Source of the DNA: the human T2T-CHM13v2.0 reference genome, Homo sapiens | Strand: one strand, 5' to 3' | Assembly (NCBI RefSeq): GCF_009914755.1 | Contig: NC_060936.1 | Length of the DNA stretch: 64,000 nt | In this document: one piece after another, positions 33,521 through 54,394 of the stretch | Position numbering within the stretch: the first letter of the stretch is position 1 | How the letters are laid out: every line of letters begins with the position of its first letter | Program-made: the position numbers and the translations under genes | The notes under the pieces: model-generated | Told to the model about the DNA's origin: nothing | What the model saw: only the letters and a program-made list of their open reading frames with translations | Databases searched by the model: none

Positions 33521-33607
33521 CTCAAGTTTTTCTGTTGTAAGTGACATGAATAACAACTCAAACAATACAGAAAGGGGATTTTGTTGTTGTGTGATTGAAA
33601 AGACTAG

Positions 33608-34680
<1,073 letters not shown>

Positions 34681-34707
34681 CATGGGTAAATGCCAAGGGC
34701 ATAATCA

Positions 34708-35470
<763 letters not shown>

Positions 35471-35692
35471 CAGAAAGAGAATGGGATCCAAAACACTGTG
35501 CTGTTTAATGGCCATTTGAAACCACTGTATTATCTGACCTGTCTGTACAAGCCTGAATTTTTCAAAACACACTGTTAAAAATGTGGGCTTTCTGTAAGTA
35601 TATCTATATAGAAGTCACATCGCTTAACCCATAGTTGGTTTCTAGCCTCAGGGTCAAAGAAGAGGTTAATATAAGCTATAAGTATACTTTAA

Positions 35693-35996
<304 letters not shown>

Positions 35997-36847
35997 AAAA
36001 TATTTTTTTTGACATTTTATCTCTGTAGTGCAAGAGTGTAGCAGTGGGCAACAGTGAGTGAGGCGTGCCTGAAACCTACTTAACTCTATGTAAAATATTG
36101 ACCTGGTAAATCCAGGATATCCTGTTAAAGCAGACTGTAATATGCAATAAATGTCAGTTCCCTTCTCCCTCTACTTCCTCAATGTGGAAATAATCTGAAA
36201 AGTTTGAGATATTGTTCCATCTCATGTGTGTATTTAATGTAAATTTGCCTCTTTTTATATTCCTAGTCTGAACTGTAGATCATCTGTGCAATTAAAGGTG
36301 CTTTCCTTCTAGGCAGGGAGAAAATTGCCATTAGGTAGGATATCTTATTTCTTTGGGCACCCTGATACTCAAAGTCATTAGATAAATCACAATTAAAATT
36401 GTTTTCTTGAGCTCATAACAATTACTCATCCTTAAATTCTAGTTTGATTGGAAGGCATCAGAAGTGCTGATGCCTTCTGCAAATGCAAAGACATTTCCAA
36501 AGACCACTTGTGTTGTTTACAAGATCATTTTCTTATAGTGTTAAGAAAAAACACTTAGTAATGTAATCTGTTTAAAAAGATTTTTGAAGAATCGTGGTGT
36601 GTAATGAAAAAATAAAAAATAAGATAAAATAAAATAAAAAGTTATTTTACATGTTGGGATCATTCACATCATTTTAAATGAACCCACTGATAAGGTAGTC
36701 AGTGCCTGTCTGTGCATCATGCTTTATTCCTTTACTACTTTCTATCAACTGCTAGGCATGATGGAATAAAATATTTCAGGCCTTTTTTATTTCACATAAA
36801 TGTTCTAAAAAATTTTAGCATGATGCAGCAGAATATAGAATTCAAAG

Positions 36848-37149
36848 TGGGACAGGTGTTGTGGTTCATGCCTGTAATCCTAGCACTTTGGGAGGCCAAG
36901 GTGGTAGGATCGCTTGAGGCCAGAAGTTCCAGACTACCCTGGGTAACATGCCAAGACCTGGTCTCTAAAAAAGAAAAAAAATTAGCCTGATGCAGTGGCT
37001 TGCACCCGTAGTCCCAGCTACTCAGGACATTGAGGCGGGAGGATCACTTGAGCTCAGGAGTTCAAGATTACCATGAGCTATGATTGTGTCACTGCACTCC
37101 AGCCTGGACAGCAGAGTGAGATTCTGTCTCTAAAAAAAAAAAAAAAAAA
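36848..37149 (+). mobile_element. AluJ
   Basis: Alu consensus. Confidence 0.9.
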
Positions 37150-37154
37150 TAGTG

Positions 37155-37345
37155 AAAGGAACCTGAGCCTGGGTTTAGATCTGGGCTCCACCATTAATTG
37201 TAAGATATTGAGAAAGATAGTTAATCTTCCTGAGCTTCAGTTCCTTCATATGTAAAATGTTTGTATCTCATAGGGCCTTTCATGAGGATTCAACATGACA
37301 CCAAATATAAAAGTGCCCACCAATAATTGGCACTTTACAGGCAAT
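37155..37345 (+). mobile_element. MIR
   Basis: CCTGGGTTTAGATCTGGGCTCCACCA...CTTCAGTTCCTTCATATGTAAAATG. Confidence 0.7.
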
Positions 37346-37851
37346 GAGTAAACGTTAGTGTTCTTCCTTCCACTCCCGCACACCATGACTGCAAAAGTCA
37401 TGGAAAAAAATACTTTGAAGAAAATGCATCTAGGAAGGCAGAGTTTATAATGCTCAAAAGAAGTCATCTGTCTTCTATGGAGATGCACTACAATATTTAG
37501 CAAAAAGTAAAGCAGAAAAAGAAACATTTTTTGCTTGAAGATTTGCAGCCCCATTTAGGCCAAAAAAAAAAAATCTATGTTTATTTCTTAGTGTATTATT
37601 CATCATAAGTATTACCTAACATTCGGAATATGAAGGGTCAGTAATAGCTACTGTGAACAAAATACATGTCGTTTGTGATCTGAAAAGATTCTCCTGTAAG
37701 GGGACCAAAGCACCTGAACCACAGATTCTTATTTACCTGCTTTCTATAACCTGTATTTACAAGTACAGCTATAAATCTAAATTTATTTTATCGGAGGAAC
37801 TCAAACAATTTTAGGATTGGAAACTAGAAGTTATCTAACTGTCATATATAC

Positions 37852-38141
37852 TTTTTTTGAGACAGAGTCTTGCTCTGTTGCCCAGGCTGGAGTGCGGTGG
37901 TGAATCTCAGCTCACTGCAACCTCCGCCTCCTGTGTTCAAGCTATTCTCCTGCCTCAGCCTCCCAAGTAGCTGAGACCATAGGTGTGCGCCACCAAGCCC
38001 AGTTAATTTTTGTATTTTTAGTACAGACAGGGTTTCACCATATTGGCGAGGCCGGTCTCGAACTCCTGACCTCAAGTGATCCACCCCCGGCTTGGCCTCC
38101 CCAAGTGCTGGGATTACAGGCATGAGCCACCGCACCCGGCC
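37852..38141 (-). mobile_element. AluS
   Basis: TSD TCATATATACTTTT. Confidence 0.93.
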
Positions 38142-40024
38142 TCATATATACTTTTCAACTACCATTTCCTTCAAGAATTCCTTCAAACAATTTATATTTC
38201 ATGTCTACAATGAACCAGGCACTGTAAATAATGGAAACATGACACAGGCAATGTCCCAGTCCTCAAAGGGCTTAGTGTCTATCGGGGTGAAGAAGGTCTG
38301 GCCATAACTTAAAAAGAGCTAATAGCCTAAGATAAAAGTTTGAATATGCTGCTCAGTAGAAGAGGGGGACTTCTAGCTGGGAGAAGTGGTAGGAGTAGGA
38401 AACCAAAGCAGGTTACATTGCTTAAGAGACAAGTTGATGAGCACTTACTGGTGCCTAATTAGGAATCTAGCATTGAGTGCTATAGAGAATGCAGCAGTAC
38501 CTTAAGTGGCAATCCTTGGCCTCAATGAATGCATAATATGTAGTTTGACCAAATATCTTAGCACAAAGCAGAATTTGGAAGGAAGTCAACCTATTTCTAT
38601 TCGTTCTATAGCTTCTGACATATTTACTTCAAATGTTAATTGTTTATTAACAGTAAAACTACATGCAAGGTTTTTTATTTGCTTACCTGAGAAACACTGC
38701 CTTTCTTTTTGTATCTGATTCCTGCCTTTTGCTGTTTTGCAAACTGAATATCTCAGCTTTTTCCTGCAGGTCACATACTTCCAAATCAGATTGAGACAAG
38801 TCTGTATGGTTCACACAAGTGACACCAAGCTAGCAAAATACAACAGGCTCAAACTATGCTGGAATTGAGCCTGAGGGGGACTGATCAGTTTTATTCAAAA
38901 CAGAGAATGAACTGGAATGAGAAGAAGCTTTAAGTAGACTTTGAAAAGATGATAGAGGAAGAATGGAAGAAAAAGTCATTAGGTTTTTAAGAACTTTCCA
39001 CTTTTCCCATATAATATAAAATATTAATTTATCTCTTCCCCTTTTATCTTTTTTTGGTAAACACTTTTAAAATCATACATTAGCAACATCATAAAAAAAT
39101 TTAGAAATGAAAGAAAATTGCCCATAACTTTACAACTCCAACACAGTAACTTGTATCATTTTGGAGTATTTCTTTTTAGCCTTTATTTCATATTCATATA
39201 TGCTTTAATAGTATACAGGTAGATTTGTATTATGTTCTTCATTTGTCATTATCGTAAATACTTGTTCCTGTTGCTATAGAGTCTGCATGATTATTCTATT
39301 TGTTGGCTGCCTAATACTCTGTGACCTGTGTTTTGTGAACCTTCCCTAACTCCCTGCAAAGTCTTTCCCAAAACGTGCCTAGGAGTCATTGGAGTGAAGG
39401 GGTGCCACTCTTGTTTGGGGTCCTGCCCAGTCAGCTACCATATAGATCATTTAATTCCCCTTCTCCATTGCTGGGTACCACAATGTTTTCATGCAAGCGG
39501 AGTCTGCACATGCTGCTTTGAATGAAGGGTTTTAATTTTTTTCTTTGGTGTTTGCACACATTGGATTTATTTCAGATTACTGCATTTATGTGAATAAACA
39601 AAAATGAGGGAAGAAAATTTTTTCTAAGATTTTTTTTCTATATGAAGGAAGTCAATTTCTAATGCATTAAGATGCAGTGTTTACCAAAATTGGGGATGGG
39701 GGGGTGTTTATGTACATTTTTGTGAGAAATCAGATACAGGGATGGCTGCCTCTGCCACCATTTCCCTGGATACTATTAACTTCCCAGATGGGATGTCCAT
39801 TTTAGTTTATTCTCCCAAACCACCCACCTTGATTTCACCCACTGCTGCTACAAACTAAAGGATTCCTGCTTACAGTGGGGAAATTGGACTGGGAACTAAC
39901 AAAGGCCGTTGGGATTCCCAGCAGTAGGTACCTGTTTTTCCTAGACTACCTTTAAATTATACTCATTCATGAAAAGAAAGTTTTTGTCCACATGCTGGGC
40001 TTAATATGAATTTTTAAAAAATAT

Positions 40025-40240
40025 TTGCTCCTGGGTTCCAACTCTGACTCTGTCACTTATAACCGTGTATTCCTACTTAGCAAGTCACTTAACTTCTTTG
40101 ATCTCCATTTTCTCATCTGCAGATTGGGATAATACTTTCTGCTTTGCAAAGTGATTGTAAGGAGGCCAGAGGCAATGCTTATATAGTTCTCAGCATCACA
40201 GCACCATATTGATATTGATAGCTAATGTTGTTATTTATTG
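40025..40240 (+). mobile_element. MIR
   Basis: CAAGTCACTTAACTTCTTTG...CTCATCTGCAGATTGGGATAAT. Confidence 0.7.
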
Positions 40241-40355
40241 TTCATATACTAACAGCAGATGTAATTCAAATAGCCTACCCCATCTTCGAAATGGCAGACA
40301 GGAAATACCAAGAGTCAAAATCTCAACTCTCTTTTGTTGTTTTGATCGGCAATTA

Positions 40356-40685
<330 letters not shown>

Positions 40686-41354
40686 GAAATTCTTGAACTC
40701 AAAAAAAAAAAAAAATTCAGGCTATGAAAAGATATTTTATTGAATTAAATGTGAAAATGTATGACTTTTTTATACTTGAAAATTAAAAAAGCTTTAAATT
40801 AGCTTCCTGTACCTTTTTCTCTTTAAAGCAATGGGTTTATTTCAACATATAGCCCCAAGAACTCACCAAACTGTAGTATAAAGTATTATATCCAGAGTTC
40901 AGACAATGGCAAAGTGACACACCAGGAAAAGCCAGAGTTTGGGTTTTGAGAATAGAGACACACCCAGGTAAAGGCTGGTGTTGGTTATTTCAGATGCTTA
41001 AATCTGCTATTGGATTTGTAACTGGGACATCTGTCATTAAAGAAGAAAAACAAGCAGGAACAAGATGCGGTAGGTGGCAGATGGATTTTCCAAGCAGCTG
41101 GCAGTTAGCACAGGTTTGGACAGGTTGGAAGTCAAGGTTGAGAAAATCTGATAGTCACACATTTGGAACAAAAGACTTCACTTTCACATAATTTTGTTGT
41201 TTGTTTTATTGGTTGTTTTTTTGTTTTGTTTTGGTTTGGTTTGGTTTGATTTGTTCTGGTTCCAAATAACTTTCTTATGTCACTATGGGATGCCCCATTG
41301 AGGAAATGTAATGGCTACATATATAGTAGTTCATATAGTACATGTCTCTTACGC

Positions 41355-41465
41355 CTTAGACATAAGATAACTGGATTCAAATTCCAGTCCTAACACTTAC
41401 TAGCTGTGTCACCTTAGGCAAATGTTTGATGTTCCAGGGGCTTCACTTATTCACTATAAAATAAA
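41355..41465 (+). mobile_element. MIR fragment
   Basis: CACTTACTAGCTGTGTCACCTTAGGCAA core. Confidence 0.7.
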
Positions 41466-41472
41466 GTCGCCA

Positions 41473-41759
41473 TTTATTTATTGAGACAGGGTCTCCATCT
41501 GTCTCCCAGGCTGGAGTGCAATGGCATGATAATAGTTCACTGCAGCCTCTGCCTCCCAGGCTCGAGGTATCCTCTTAACCTCTCAGGTAGCTGGTACAAC
41601 AGGTGCATGCCATCAAGCCCAGCTAATTTTTGTATTTTTTGTAGAGATGGGGTCTCACTGTTTTGCCCAGGCTGGTCTCAAACTCCTGGACTCAAGCAAT
41701 CCTCCAGCCTTGGCATCCCAAAGTGCTGGGATTATAGGTGTGAGTCATTGTGCCCAGCC
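41473..41759 (-). mobile_element. AluJ
   Basis: Alu consensus. Confidence 0.9.
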
Positions 41760-43714
41760 TAAAGTGGGTGTTTAAACGAGCAATTCTTAACCCTGTTTAT
41801 TGGTGGGAGAGGGTCATTCACCTCTTTTGACCTGATCAAAGATAAGAATCACTTTCTCACAAAAATGCACATAAACATCCCGCCTAATTTTGGCACATAT
41901 TTTATCTTATTGTATTAGAAATTGACTTCTTCACACAGAAAAAAAATCCTATAAAAAATTTTCTTCTCTCATTCTTGTTTATTCACGTAAATGGAGTAAT
42001 CTAAAATAAATTCAGTGAGCAAATACAAAAGAAAAAAATTAAAATTCTTCCCCCAAAGCAAATTTCAACATAAAGGCTGCCATTACTTGACTTGAGAAGA
42101 AATTACAGCATAGTCTTACATGGTAATATGCTTGTCATTTGTGGTAAGTCTATCAATTTTGATAGCAACAAATGTAAGAAAGCCCAGATTAACAAAAGTA
42201 TGTTGTCGCAAATGAATAGGTTTAAGTCCAGATGCACTGGATTTCTCTAGGACCCTTCAAGCTAATGCAGTTGCATCATTTCCTCACATCTACAAAGTTG
42301 GTCATCTTTGCAAAGTCTGCATCATCTATGTTGCATATGTCAGCAAGAAAATGGTTAAAATAACCATTCCAATTTTAAGGTCAAACCAGTTTAACCTTTA
42401 GAGGTATTCTGCAGTGTTTCCGGAAGTCTGTAGATTTCTACCTTGTGAGAAATCAACATGTTTCATCACTCTTAAACAGAGCCAGGAGAATATCCTCCGG
42501 CGTGGAAAAGTTGTTCATATTTGTCTGTTCCCAATCTCCTCTCCCTCAGTGGCAACTTAGCCAAAAGGACTCACAGATTTTTTTTTTTTTTCTGGTCGGT
42601 TTCCAAAATGGCAACCTCAGGATCTTATGCTGAACAAAAGCCTTACCTTATTCATGTATTCTGCTTTTATTTCTTGACAAAAATCTCTTTAAACACCAAT
42701 GAGTCAAAGCCTGGGATCTGGAGAAATTGATGACGTCTGCAGCTATAGGTAAAACATCTTTCAGGACTATTGGCAGGGACTTTAATGCTTTTGCAAGATG
42801 CTATAGAAAGCCGTGACACATAGTGACGTGTTGAGCTTCTTTCTTCATCAAAGCAGAAAAACCAGATGCATTGCCAAACATTGCATGTGTACTATAGTCT
42901 CAAGGTTCTGTTTGCAATTAGAGTTTTTACTTGAGGAAGTAACTCTCTACCATTTTAAGTAATTCAGAACCTTTGAGGTTTCCAAAAGGGAATAACAAAA
43001 TTTCTTTTTAAAAATTTCAACTCATATATGACAGATAAGCATTAGAAAATGACTGAACTGAGATATGGCACTTTTTTGCCAAACAGAAATGGCATAATTG
43101 CAAGTTACTCCATGTTCTAATTCAGAATAATAGATGAAATGTCAGTAAATTCAGAATAGAGTATTTTATTTGGCAAAGGGGCTAATTCCCTATTATTCCT
43201 TTATTCCAAGTCATAATTCAACTTGACCATTTAAAAAGTACGAGGCTTACATTACATGTGGCTTCCTGTGCCTAGCAATGCAATTAGAAGCCTTGTCAGA
43301 TGTTTCAGGATGGGAAGTGTTAGGGCAAATACAAGCTTTTGGAAAATTCCAGCCTTTTCAGATTGAATCTTCTTCACAAAACAACAAACAACAATAGCAA
43401 CAACAAAACCACCACACTGTCTCATGAATTCTTAGGATAATATAATATAAAACTGTGTTTTTGTTTTTGTTTTTTCAGTTCTTTCTCTGCTAGCTGCCAT
43501 GAGCCAGAATCAAGGTGCTCAGTAAGCAATCTGGCTTTCACATTCATAACCTTCTAGCAAAGCATATCAAACCAAGGGATACCTAAGCCTAGAAGCACTT
43601 TTTGCTCTTTCAATTTTAGCTACATGCAATATAAGTAGATTATCTGTAAACATAATGCCACATATAATTTTAATTCTTACCAAGAAAGCACTATTGAACT
43701 ATCACGATATATAG

Positions 43715-44298
<584 letters not shown>

Positions 44299-44345
44299 GT
44301 AAATGCATCTTATTAAGTAAATTTGTTACATAAAAATATTTTCTT

Positions 44346-44523
<178 letters not shown>

Positions 44524-44763
44524 ATTCTTTATATAAGCAATTTTCAAAGGTACAGGTTTGACTGTACTGTGTTGGCTCATTCAAGTAAATATTTATTAAA
44601 CACTTACCATGTGCTATCTGCACTAGAACAGTGAAGAAACATGGAAACATGCTTAAGATATGGAGTTAAGATTTCTGTCTGTCTATATCTATGTAACATA
44701 TATATAACTATGGAAAAAGAATTGCTTGCAACAAAAACTTGGAAGGAAATATAACAAGATGCC

Positions 44764-45098
<335 letters not shown>

Positions 45099-45329
45099 TA
45101 GCAAAATTAAGAGATATTGCTACTTTTTCTCTAATTTCCAATTTTAACATAATGCTATTGTATTATTTTTAGAATAAAAATGAATTACATATCAAAATTA
45201 AACAAAATATTGGAAAAAATGAAACACGCCAACCTCAGAAACATTGTATGCCACTTAGATATGAGAGCAGATACTATCAGAATACAGTTCTGTTAGCTAT
45301 AATTAATTGGGCTAGCTGTTTGTTTGTCT

Positions 45330-45500
45330 TATTTAATCTTTTAACAACCTGTGAGACAGTTACTATTATTGCCTCAATTTTCTAGATGAGAAATTTAAGG
45401 CTCAGAAAGGATAAGCAGTTTACCCAATGTCACACAGCTAGAGGCTGAGCCAAAATTTGAACCTAGGTCTCCTTGACTCCAAACTCTGTGTTTTTAATTT
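45330..45500 (-). mobile_element. MIR
   Basis: TTTTCTAGATGAGAAATTTAAGGCTCAGAAAGG...GTCACACAGCTAG. Confidence 0.75.
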
Positions 45501-45829
45501 CTATACCAATATGAAGGAATCAGAGATGTAGGTGAGCAAATAAGTATAAGCAAAGGAAGCAGGATTCTTAGCTGAAGGGTAAATATGGACTATTGGGGTG
45601 GGGTGGCATTAATTTAAAGAGAAATCAATAAAAGTGTCTTTGGAGAAGGTACCATGTTTCAAACAAATATAGTTCTCTTTGCTCTAAGTCTGTGTTCCCA
45701 GAGTCTTGTGATCTGTGACTTATGCTCCCTTGTGGGTGTTTATCACTAATGGAGTCTCTATTCACAATCCAAGTTCTTAAAACTTTCCAGTATAAACTGA
45801 TGAATCTTTTTCATGTCAAACAGGCTCTT

Positions 45830-46330
<501 letters not shown>

Positions 46331-47195
46331 TAGATGTCAGCTGAATGATGAAAACAACACATGAGGTTCTGAAAGACGTACCGAGTCTAAACACCCAGCA
46401 GACTGTTGAAAGTGGCCTGCAGGAGAATATTTAGACAAAGCCAATCAGCTACTTCCTCCACCCTTATCCCATCAGCACCGTAGAATTCGACAATGCACAA
46501 AACCATCTTGCAATTCCTGCATGGCAAACCTTTGCTTCGACAAGCACATGCCTGAATTGTGCAGGCCTTTAATGGTGTTGACTCATGCACATCTTTAGGA
46601 ACCCTGTGCCTCTTTTTGTTTTTGCAACCATCTTATGCCATCATTTTCTTATCTTTAGAAAGCATATTTTTTCTGTTATTCTTAACTGTACTAAATTTTG
46701 TTCATTTGATTTCCGACAATTGTGATAATATGCTGCGGTCAATGTGCGCTTTTTCTATTAATTCCTTTCAAAATGAAAAAGAGAAGAGCTGAATTTGTCT
46801 TGGGAATAAATTCCAGTAATTCCTTTTTCTTTACAAATTGTCTCCATAAAAATGTAAAACCAATCTTGGCTGACAGAGAATGCAGAGTTATTTATGTGTT
46901 AAATGATATAAAAATCTCCCGATGAGCTCAACTTGAGTGTCTGAAAGAGCCAGGAACCCATGATCCAATTCCCAACTGGGAGCCAATCTTATATTAAAAC
47001 ATGGCAGGTATTATCTAAGAAATTTCACTGCAGTGCAGTTGGGAACTCTCTCTCTGAAATTTACTGCAGTGTGCTGGGCCACAATTTGAATTGGAAAATT
47101 TGACATATTCTTTATCCGGACTGATATTCCGATGAAAATTTAAATAAAATTGCTTACATCTTAGATTTGTATTAAAACTGCATTTAAAAATGCTT

Positions 47196-47843
<648 letters not shown>

Positions 47844-47932
47844 CTATCATTTATGTCCTACTCGTTTATATCAAATAATCAAAGGGTTAGTGGACTTTGT
47901 AGGTTTCATAGTGACTACCAAATATCATGTGT

Positions 47933-48207
<275 letters not shown>

Positions 48208-48279
48208 TCAACACCTACTGTAATTTGTTTTTAATTCAATTCAAATCATTTTACACAAATATACTTATGTACTGATAAG

Positions 48280-48284
<5 letters not shown>

Positions 48285-48317
<33 letters not shown>
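48285..48317. repeat. (TA)n microsatellite
   Basis: About 16 TA units. Confidence 0.95.
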
Positions 48318-48321
<4 letters not shown>

Positions 48322-48379
48322 CTCCTCTTTCTTGAAATTGTTTTAAGAGATAATACTCCACATGATAAGACATTAAAAT

Positions 48380-48560
48380 ACAGCATAGTGGGGAAGCCAG
48401 ACTGCCTGGGTTCAATCCAGGCTCCAATATTTACTACTGTTTGATAAGTACTCTAAGCCTTAGCTTTTTTCATCTGTAGAACCCAATATTGTTGTGAAGA
48501 TTAAATGAGATAACTCGTGTAAAGCACTTGGCACAGAGCCTGGCAAACTGTTTTTATTAG
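48380..48560 (+). mobile_element. MIR
   Basis: AGCCAGACTGCCTGGGTTCAATCC...GTGAAGATTAAATGAGATAA...GCACAGAGCCTGGCA. Confidence 0.8.
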
Positions 48561-49136
48561 TCATTATAAGAAGAAAAGTCAGGATCTGGGAAAAGAAAAA
48601 TACAAATATTATAACCATATGGATAAACATGTGGCTTAAATTGTTCAAATTAAACAGTTCAACTGACTTTGAGTTTTCTAGCACCGTAACAGTAAGGAGA
48701 AGCACAATCCATTATACAAATGTTGGATTCAGAAGGGAGAAAAAGCAAACCAGTTCAGAAGTGAAATTTTTGCTAGTACTGAATTCTGAAAAGAGCTCAT
48801 ATAGGACATATTGAATAATGTATTAAACAAGATTTTCAGTAACATTTTACAGAAGATATTTTAATGAATATGGCTATGACAGCAACCTTTGGTAAAAACT
48901 TAAAGTATACTATTAAAATGTAGCTCAATAAAATGTTCTATAATTGGCTAAGTAAATATGGTCCCAATTTACAGTATTATAGAATTCAAAAAATAGTTGC
49001 TGAACATTTGTTTTGTGCAAGATACTATTATAGGTGCTGTAAGGAAAACATAGATGAATTAGACTTAATGATTGCCCTCAAGAACTTATGAATTAGTAAG
49101 GTATGCAAACAGTGATAAGAAAATAACAAGGATTAT

Positions 49137-49542
<406 letters not shown>

Positions 49543-49569
49543 TCAAACATGTAAAACTCAACCCCACCT

Positions 49570-49950
49570 CGTGGCTTTTGCACATGTTCCCTGTGCTTGG
49601 AATGTGCCTCTCTCCATAAGTGCACATGTAACTCCTCGTCTCCCTTTAGCTCTCAGCTTACTTTGCTTCCCTGTAGAGGTCTTTCCTGACCATCTGCCAC
49701 GATGAGACGTCCCTATATAGTTCTCTGTCTCAGCACCTTGTTTGTTTCATCAGGGCATTCATTACAATTTACAATTATTTCATTTATTTGTTGATCCACT
49801 TGCTTTTTATGTCTCCCCATGTAGAAACTCCATGAAGACAGGATACTATGCCTGTCTTATCTACCATTTTATCCTTGATGCCTGGAACAGTGCCTGAGAC
49901 ATAGTAGGCATTCAATACATGTTTGTTGAATGAACCAACCAACAAACAAA
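49570..49950 (+). mobile_element. L2 3' end
   Basis: CCTGGAACAGTGCCTGAGACATAGTAGGCATTCAATACATGTTTGTTGAATGAA. Confidence 0.82.
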
Positions 49951-50444
49951 AGATCACATTTGATTGGTAGGATCAGGACAGGTTTGACGAGAGGAAGAAA
50001 TCTTTAGAAACTGGGTAGGTTGTAGGTAGAGGTAGGGAGAGGAGAGATGTTCCAAATGGAAGGAAAAGCACATGCAAATGTCTGGAGCCCAGGAAATGCA
50101 AAGCATTTTCTGAGAGCAACAAACACTGTATATATTTGAACTTAAGATGCACGCTTTACCCTTCTGCTCCCCCCTTCCATTTTAACATTTTCAAATTTGT
50201 GTAATTGGTACATGTCTTATAACCACCATCTGAACGTACTATGGTTGTGTTATTTTTTCCTTGAAATGTTCATTAATTCATGGTGTGCCTTATAATCATC
50301 AGTTGCATTTTAGAAATAGGAACATAATTTAGTTTTACTGGAACATAGAATATGTCTACGGGAGCTGATAAAACTAGTACTGAAGAGCTCTGTTGAAAAG
50401 TTATGCTGTAGACATATAACATGGCCAGAGTAGTAAGTTTATAC

Positions 50445-50741
<297 letters not shown>

Positions 50742-51076
50742 AGTTTATACTAAATTTATCAGCAAGGAAAAGGAGTTCCTACTGAAACTGTAATGCTATA
50801 TTGTCTCCCGAAATAGTTGTAAATCTTTCTCTAGAGAGAGATTTTTTCTTTGCCATTTGTATTTTTAAATTTAACCTCAAGACAAAAATGTCTGTGTACA
50901 AGGTACAGAAGATACATTTTTCCCTACTGGACTATAAGCTGTTTGAGGGCAAGAAGTGTATCTCTAGTAACTGTCACAATACCTGGTATGTAGTAGTGGC
51001 TTTATTCATGTTTATGGAATGTTAAATTCCTTAAGTAATTATTGAATGAGTGATAAATACTATTTTAAGATCTTTA

Positions 51077-51395
<319 letters not shown>

Positions 51396-51995
51396 TTATT
51401 AGGATAAAAGAGATGAAGATAATGGTAAGAATTTTTGAAGCCAAATGGAATTAATCTAGGAAAAGGCCTTGGAGGGGGGAAGTATTTAGTGCCTGTTTGG
51501 AAGCAACGGAGAGAGGTGGGTTGGCAGAAAAGAGGAATCAGCACCCTACTAGGGAAAACAGGACATTTAAGGCCTGTTAAGATTTATGGAGAAAATGTTG
51601 AAATGTGCATAGGAGCCAGGAGTACGCCAGGGAGAATGAAATGCATCAAGTGAAGGCAGGGACAGGAGGAAGAGGTTAGCCATGGACCACAGACAGCCTG
51701 AATCTGTCATGACTCACTTTTACTGAAAGTCAGTTATGAGCCAGAAAATATGCATAAATATTTGCATGTGAATATTGATTGAAGTCACCCAGAATGTAGG
51801 CAGGATCCTGCTCACACTTGTCACCAGCAATCTCTATGACGCTAAACACAAGGGATATTTTCAGTCCTCCCTATCCCCGACCTTTCAGCTGCATCTGAAT
51901 CTGCTGACCTCTCTTTACTTTTTCTAAAAATTGTGGTAAAACTACCTTTAAGAGTACAGTTTAATGACATTAAGTGCATTCACATTGCTGTGTGA

Positions 51996-52376
<381 letters not shown>

Positions 52377-52483
52377 TGAAACTCTATACCCATTGCACAA
52401 TAACTCCTGTTTACCATCTTCCCCCAGCCTCTGGCAACCACCCTTTACTTTCTGTCTCCATGGGTTTGACTACTCTAGGTACT

Positions 52484-52874
<391 letters not shown>

Positions 52875-52896
52875 TAATGTCTTCAAGCTCATCTCA

Positions 52897-53253
<357 letters not shown>

Positions 53254-53294
53254 ATAATATTGTATTGTGTGTATAGGCCGCATTTTGCTTATGC

Positions 53295-53460
53295 CTCTTT
53301 ACTGTTCGAGACATCTTTTCCCTTGGCTTCCACAACACCACATTTTTCTGATTTTCCTCCTACCATCCTCCTAGCATCTATTTTTCTGCCTCCTTTTAGG
53401 CTCAGCCCTCACCACTTGGCCCCTCAACGTTAGAGTTTCCTAGTTCTTAGTCCCAATTCC
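53295..53460. mobile_element. L2 fragment abutting the 7SK pseudogene
   Basis: TTCCCTTGGCTTCCACAACACCACA...TTTTCCTCCTACC motif. Confidence 0.6.
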
Positions 53461-53683
53461 CGGCTACCCTCTTACCCTAGACAATTTTGCTCCAGATCAT
53501 GGCTTCCCTTCCTGTTTGTTTGCCAGTGTCTCCATGTGTGCAGCTCCAGGGGGTTGGGGGGCAGGGTGCGCAGAGAGAGCAGTGAGGAAGGAAGGGGACA
53601 TCTGCCTCCTCAGTCAGCTCAGCCGAGTCAGTGCTGACGAACAAAGGGGCAGCAAATGTCTCAGCCAGATTGCTCTCACATCT
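53461..53683 (-). pseudogene. RN7SKP11: 7SK snRNA pseudogene (probably RN7SKP11)
   Basis: Minus strand AGATGTGAGAGCAATCTGGCTGAGACATTTGCTGCCCCTTTGTTCGTCAGCACTGACTCGGCTGAGCTG...TGTCCCCTTCCTTCCTCACTGC aligns with the 7SK 5' end GGATGTGAGGGCGATCTGGCTGCGACATC. Diverged and 3'-truncated; the symbol is from recollection. Confidence 0.85.
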
Positions 53684-54394
53684 GGATCAGGAGCTTAAGT
53701 GTGATTTGAAAGGCATGAGGCCAAAATGATGCTGGAGGAAGCTGACTCGTGCTGTGATTTCACAGAAAAGAATGCAGTTAGAATAAGATCATGGGAGACA
53801 GCTGTGATGGCAGTACAGCCACAAGATGACTGGTCTCCAGGCTGACTCTGACAATAGGAATGGATGTGAAGAAAAAACATGTTTATAAGAAAAAATGGAC
53901 ATAAATCGGTGGTTGAAAATGTGGGAATGAAAGAAATGATAAACAGTGAAGTTAATGCTTTCTCTAAGGCTTTTGCCTATAAATGCAACATGGAATCTTT
54001 TTGACCATGCTTGAGGTCAAAAGGGTTTCTCTTCTGAAAATTAAAGAAAAGACCCAGTTAGACCATTAAGATGCTTTCCTATCCATTTCTCCTTTCCCTT
54101 TTTTACTTCACTCTCTAGGGCTAGAATCTGCAAAATTGACAGAAGGATAGATAAGACAGGCTGATAATTGTGTCCTCAATTGTATATGCTTTCCTCCAAT
54201 GTTTTTCTTTAATACTGGCATTTTTTTTTTGTTAACAGCCTCACTCTTAACTCTGCCTCTCCCATCCTTCAAGGGCTATAACAGCCTTGTTATATCCCTC
54301 CATAATTATCATTGACAGGCTTCTCGGTCTTAAAAAAACTGAGACAAGAACATGTGTTTTCCTTTGGACTGAGTTTTGAAAATACAAATGATCC

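Noticed and set aside
46439-46448. Perfect NF-Y box AGCCAATCAG suggesting a second promoter
   Set aside because: A single motif without a CpG island or other core elements is insufficient on its own.
53461-53683. Functional link between a 7SK copy (CDK9 regulator) and the neighbouring CDK gene
   Set aside because: 7SK pseudogenes are numerous, this copy is degenerate, and proximity alone is not evidence.
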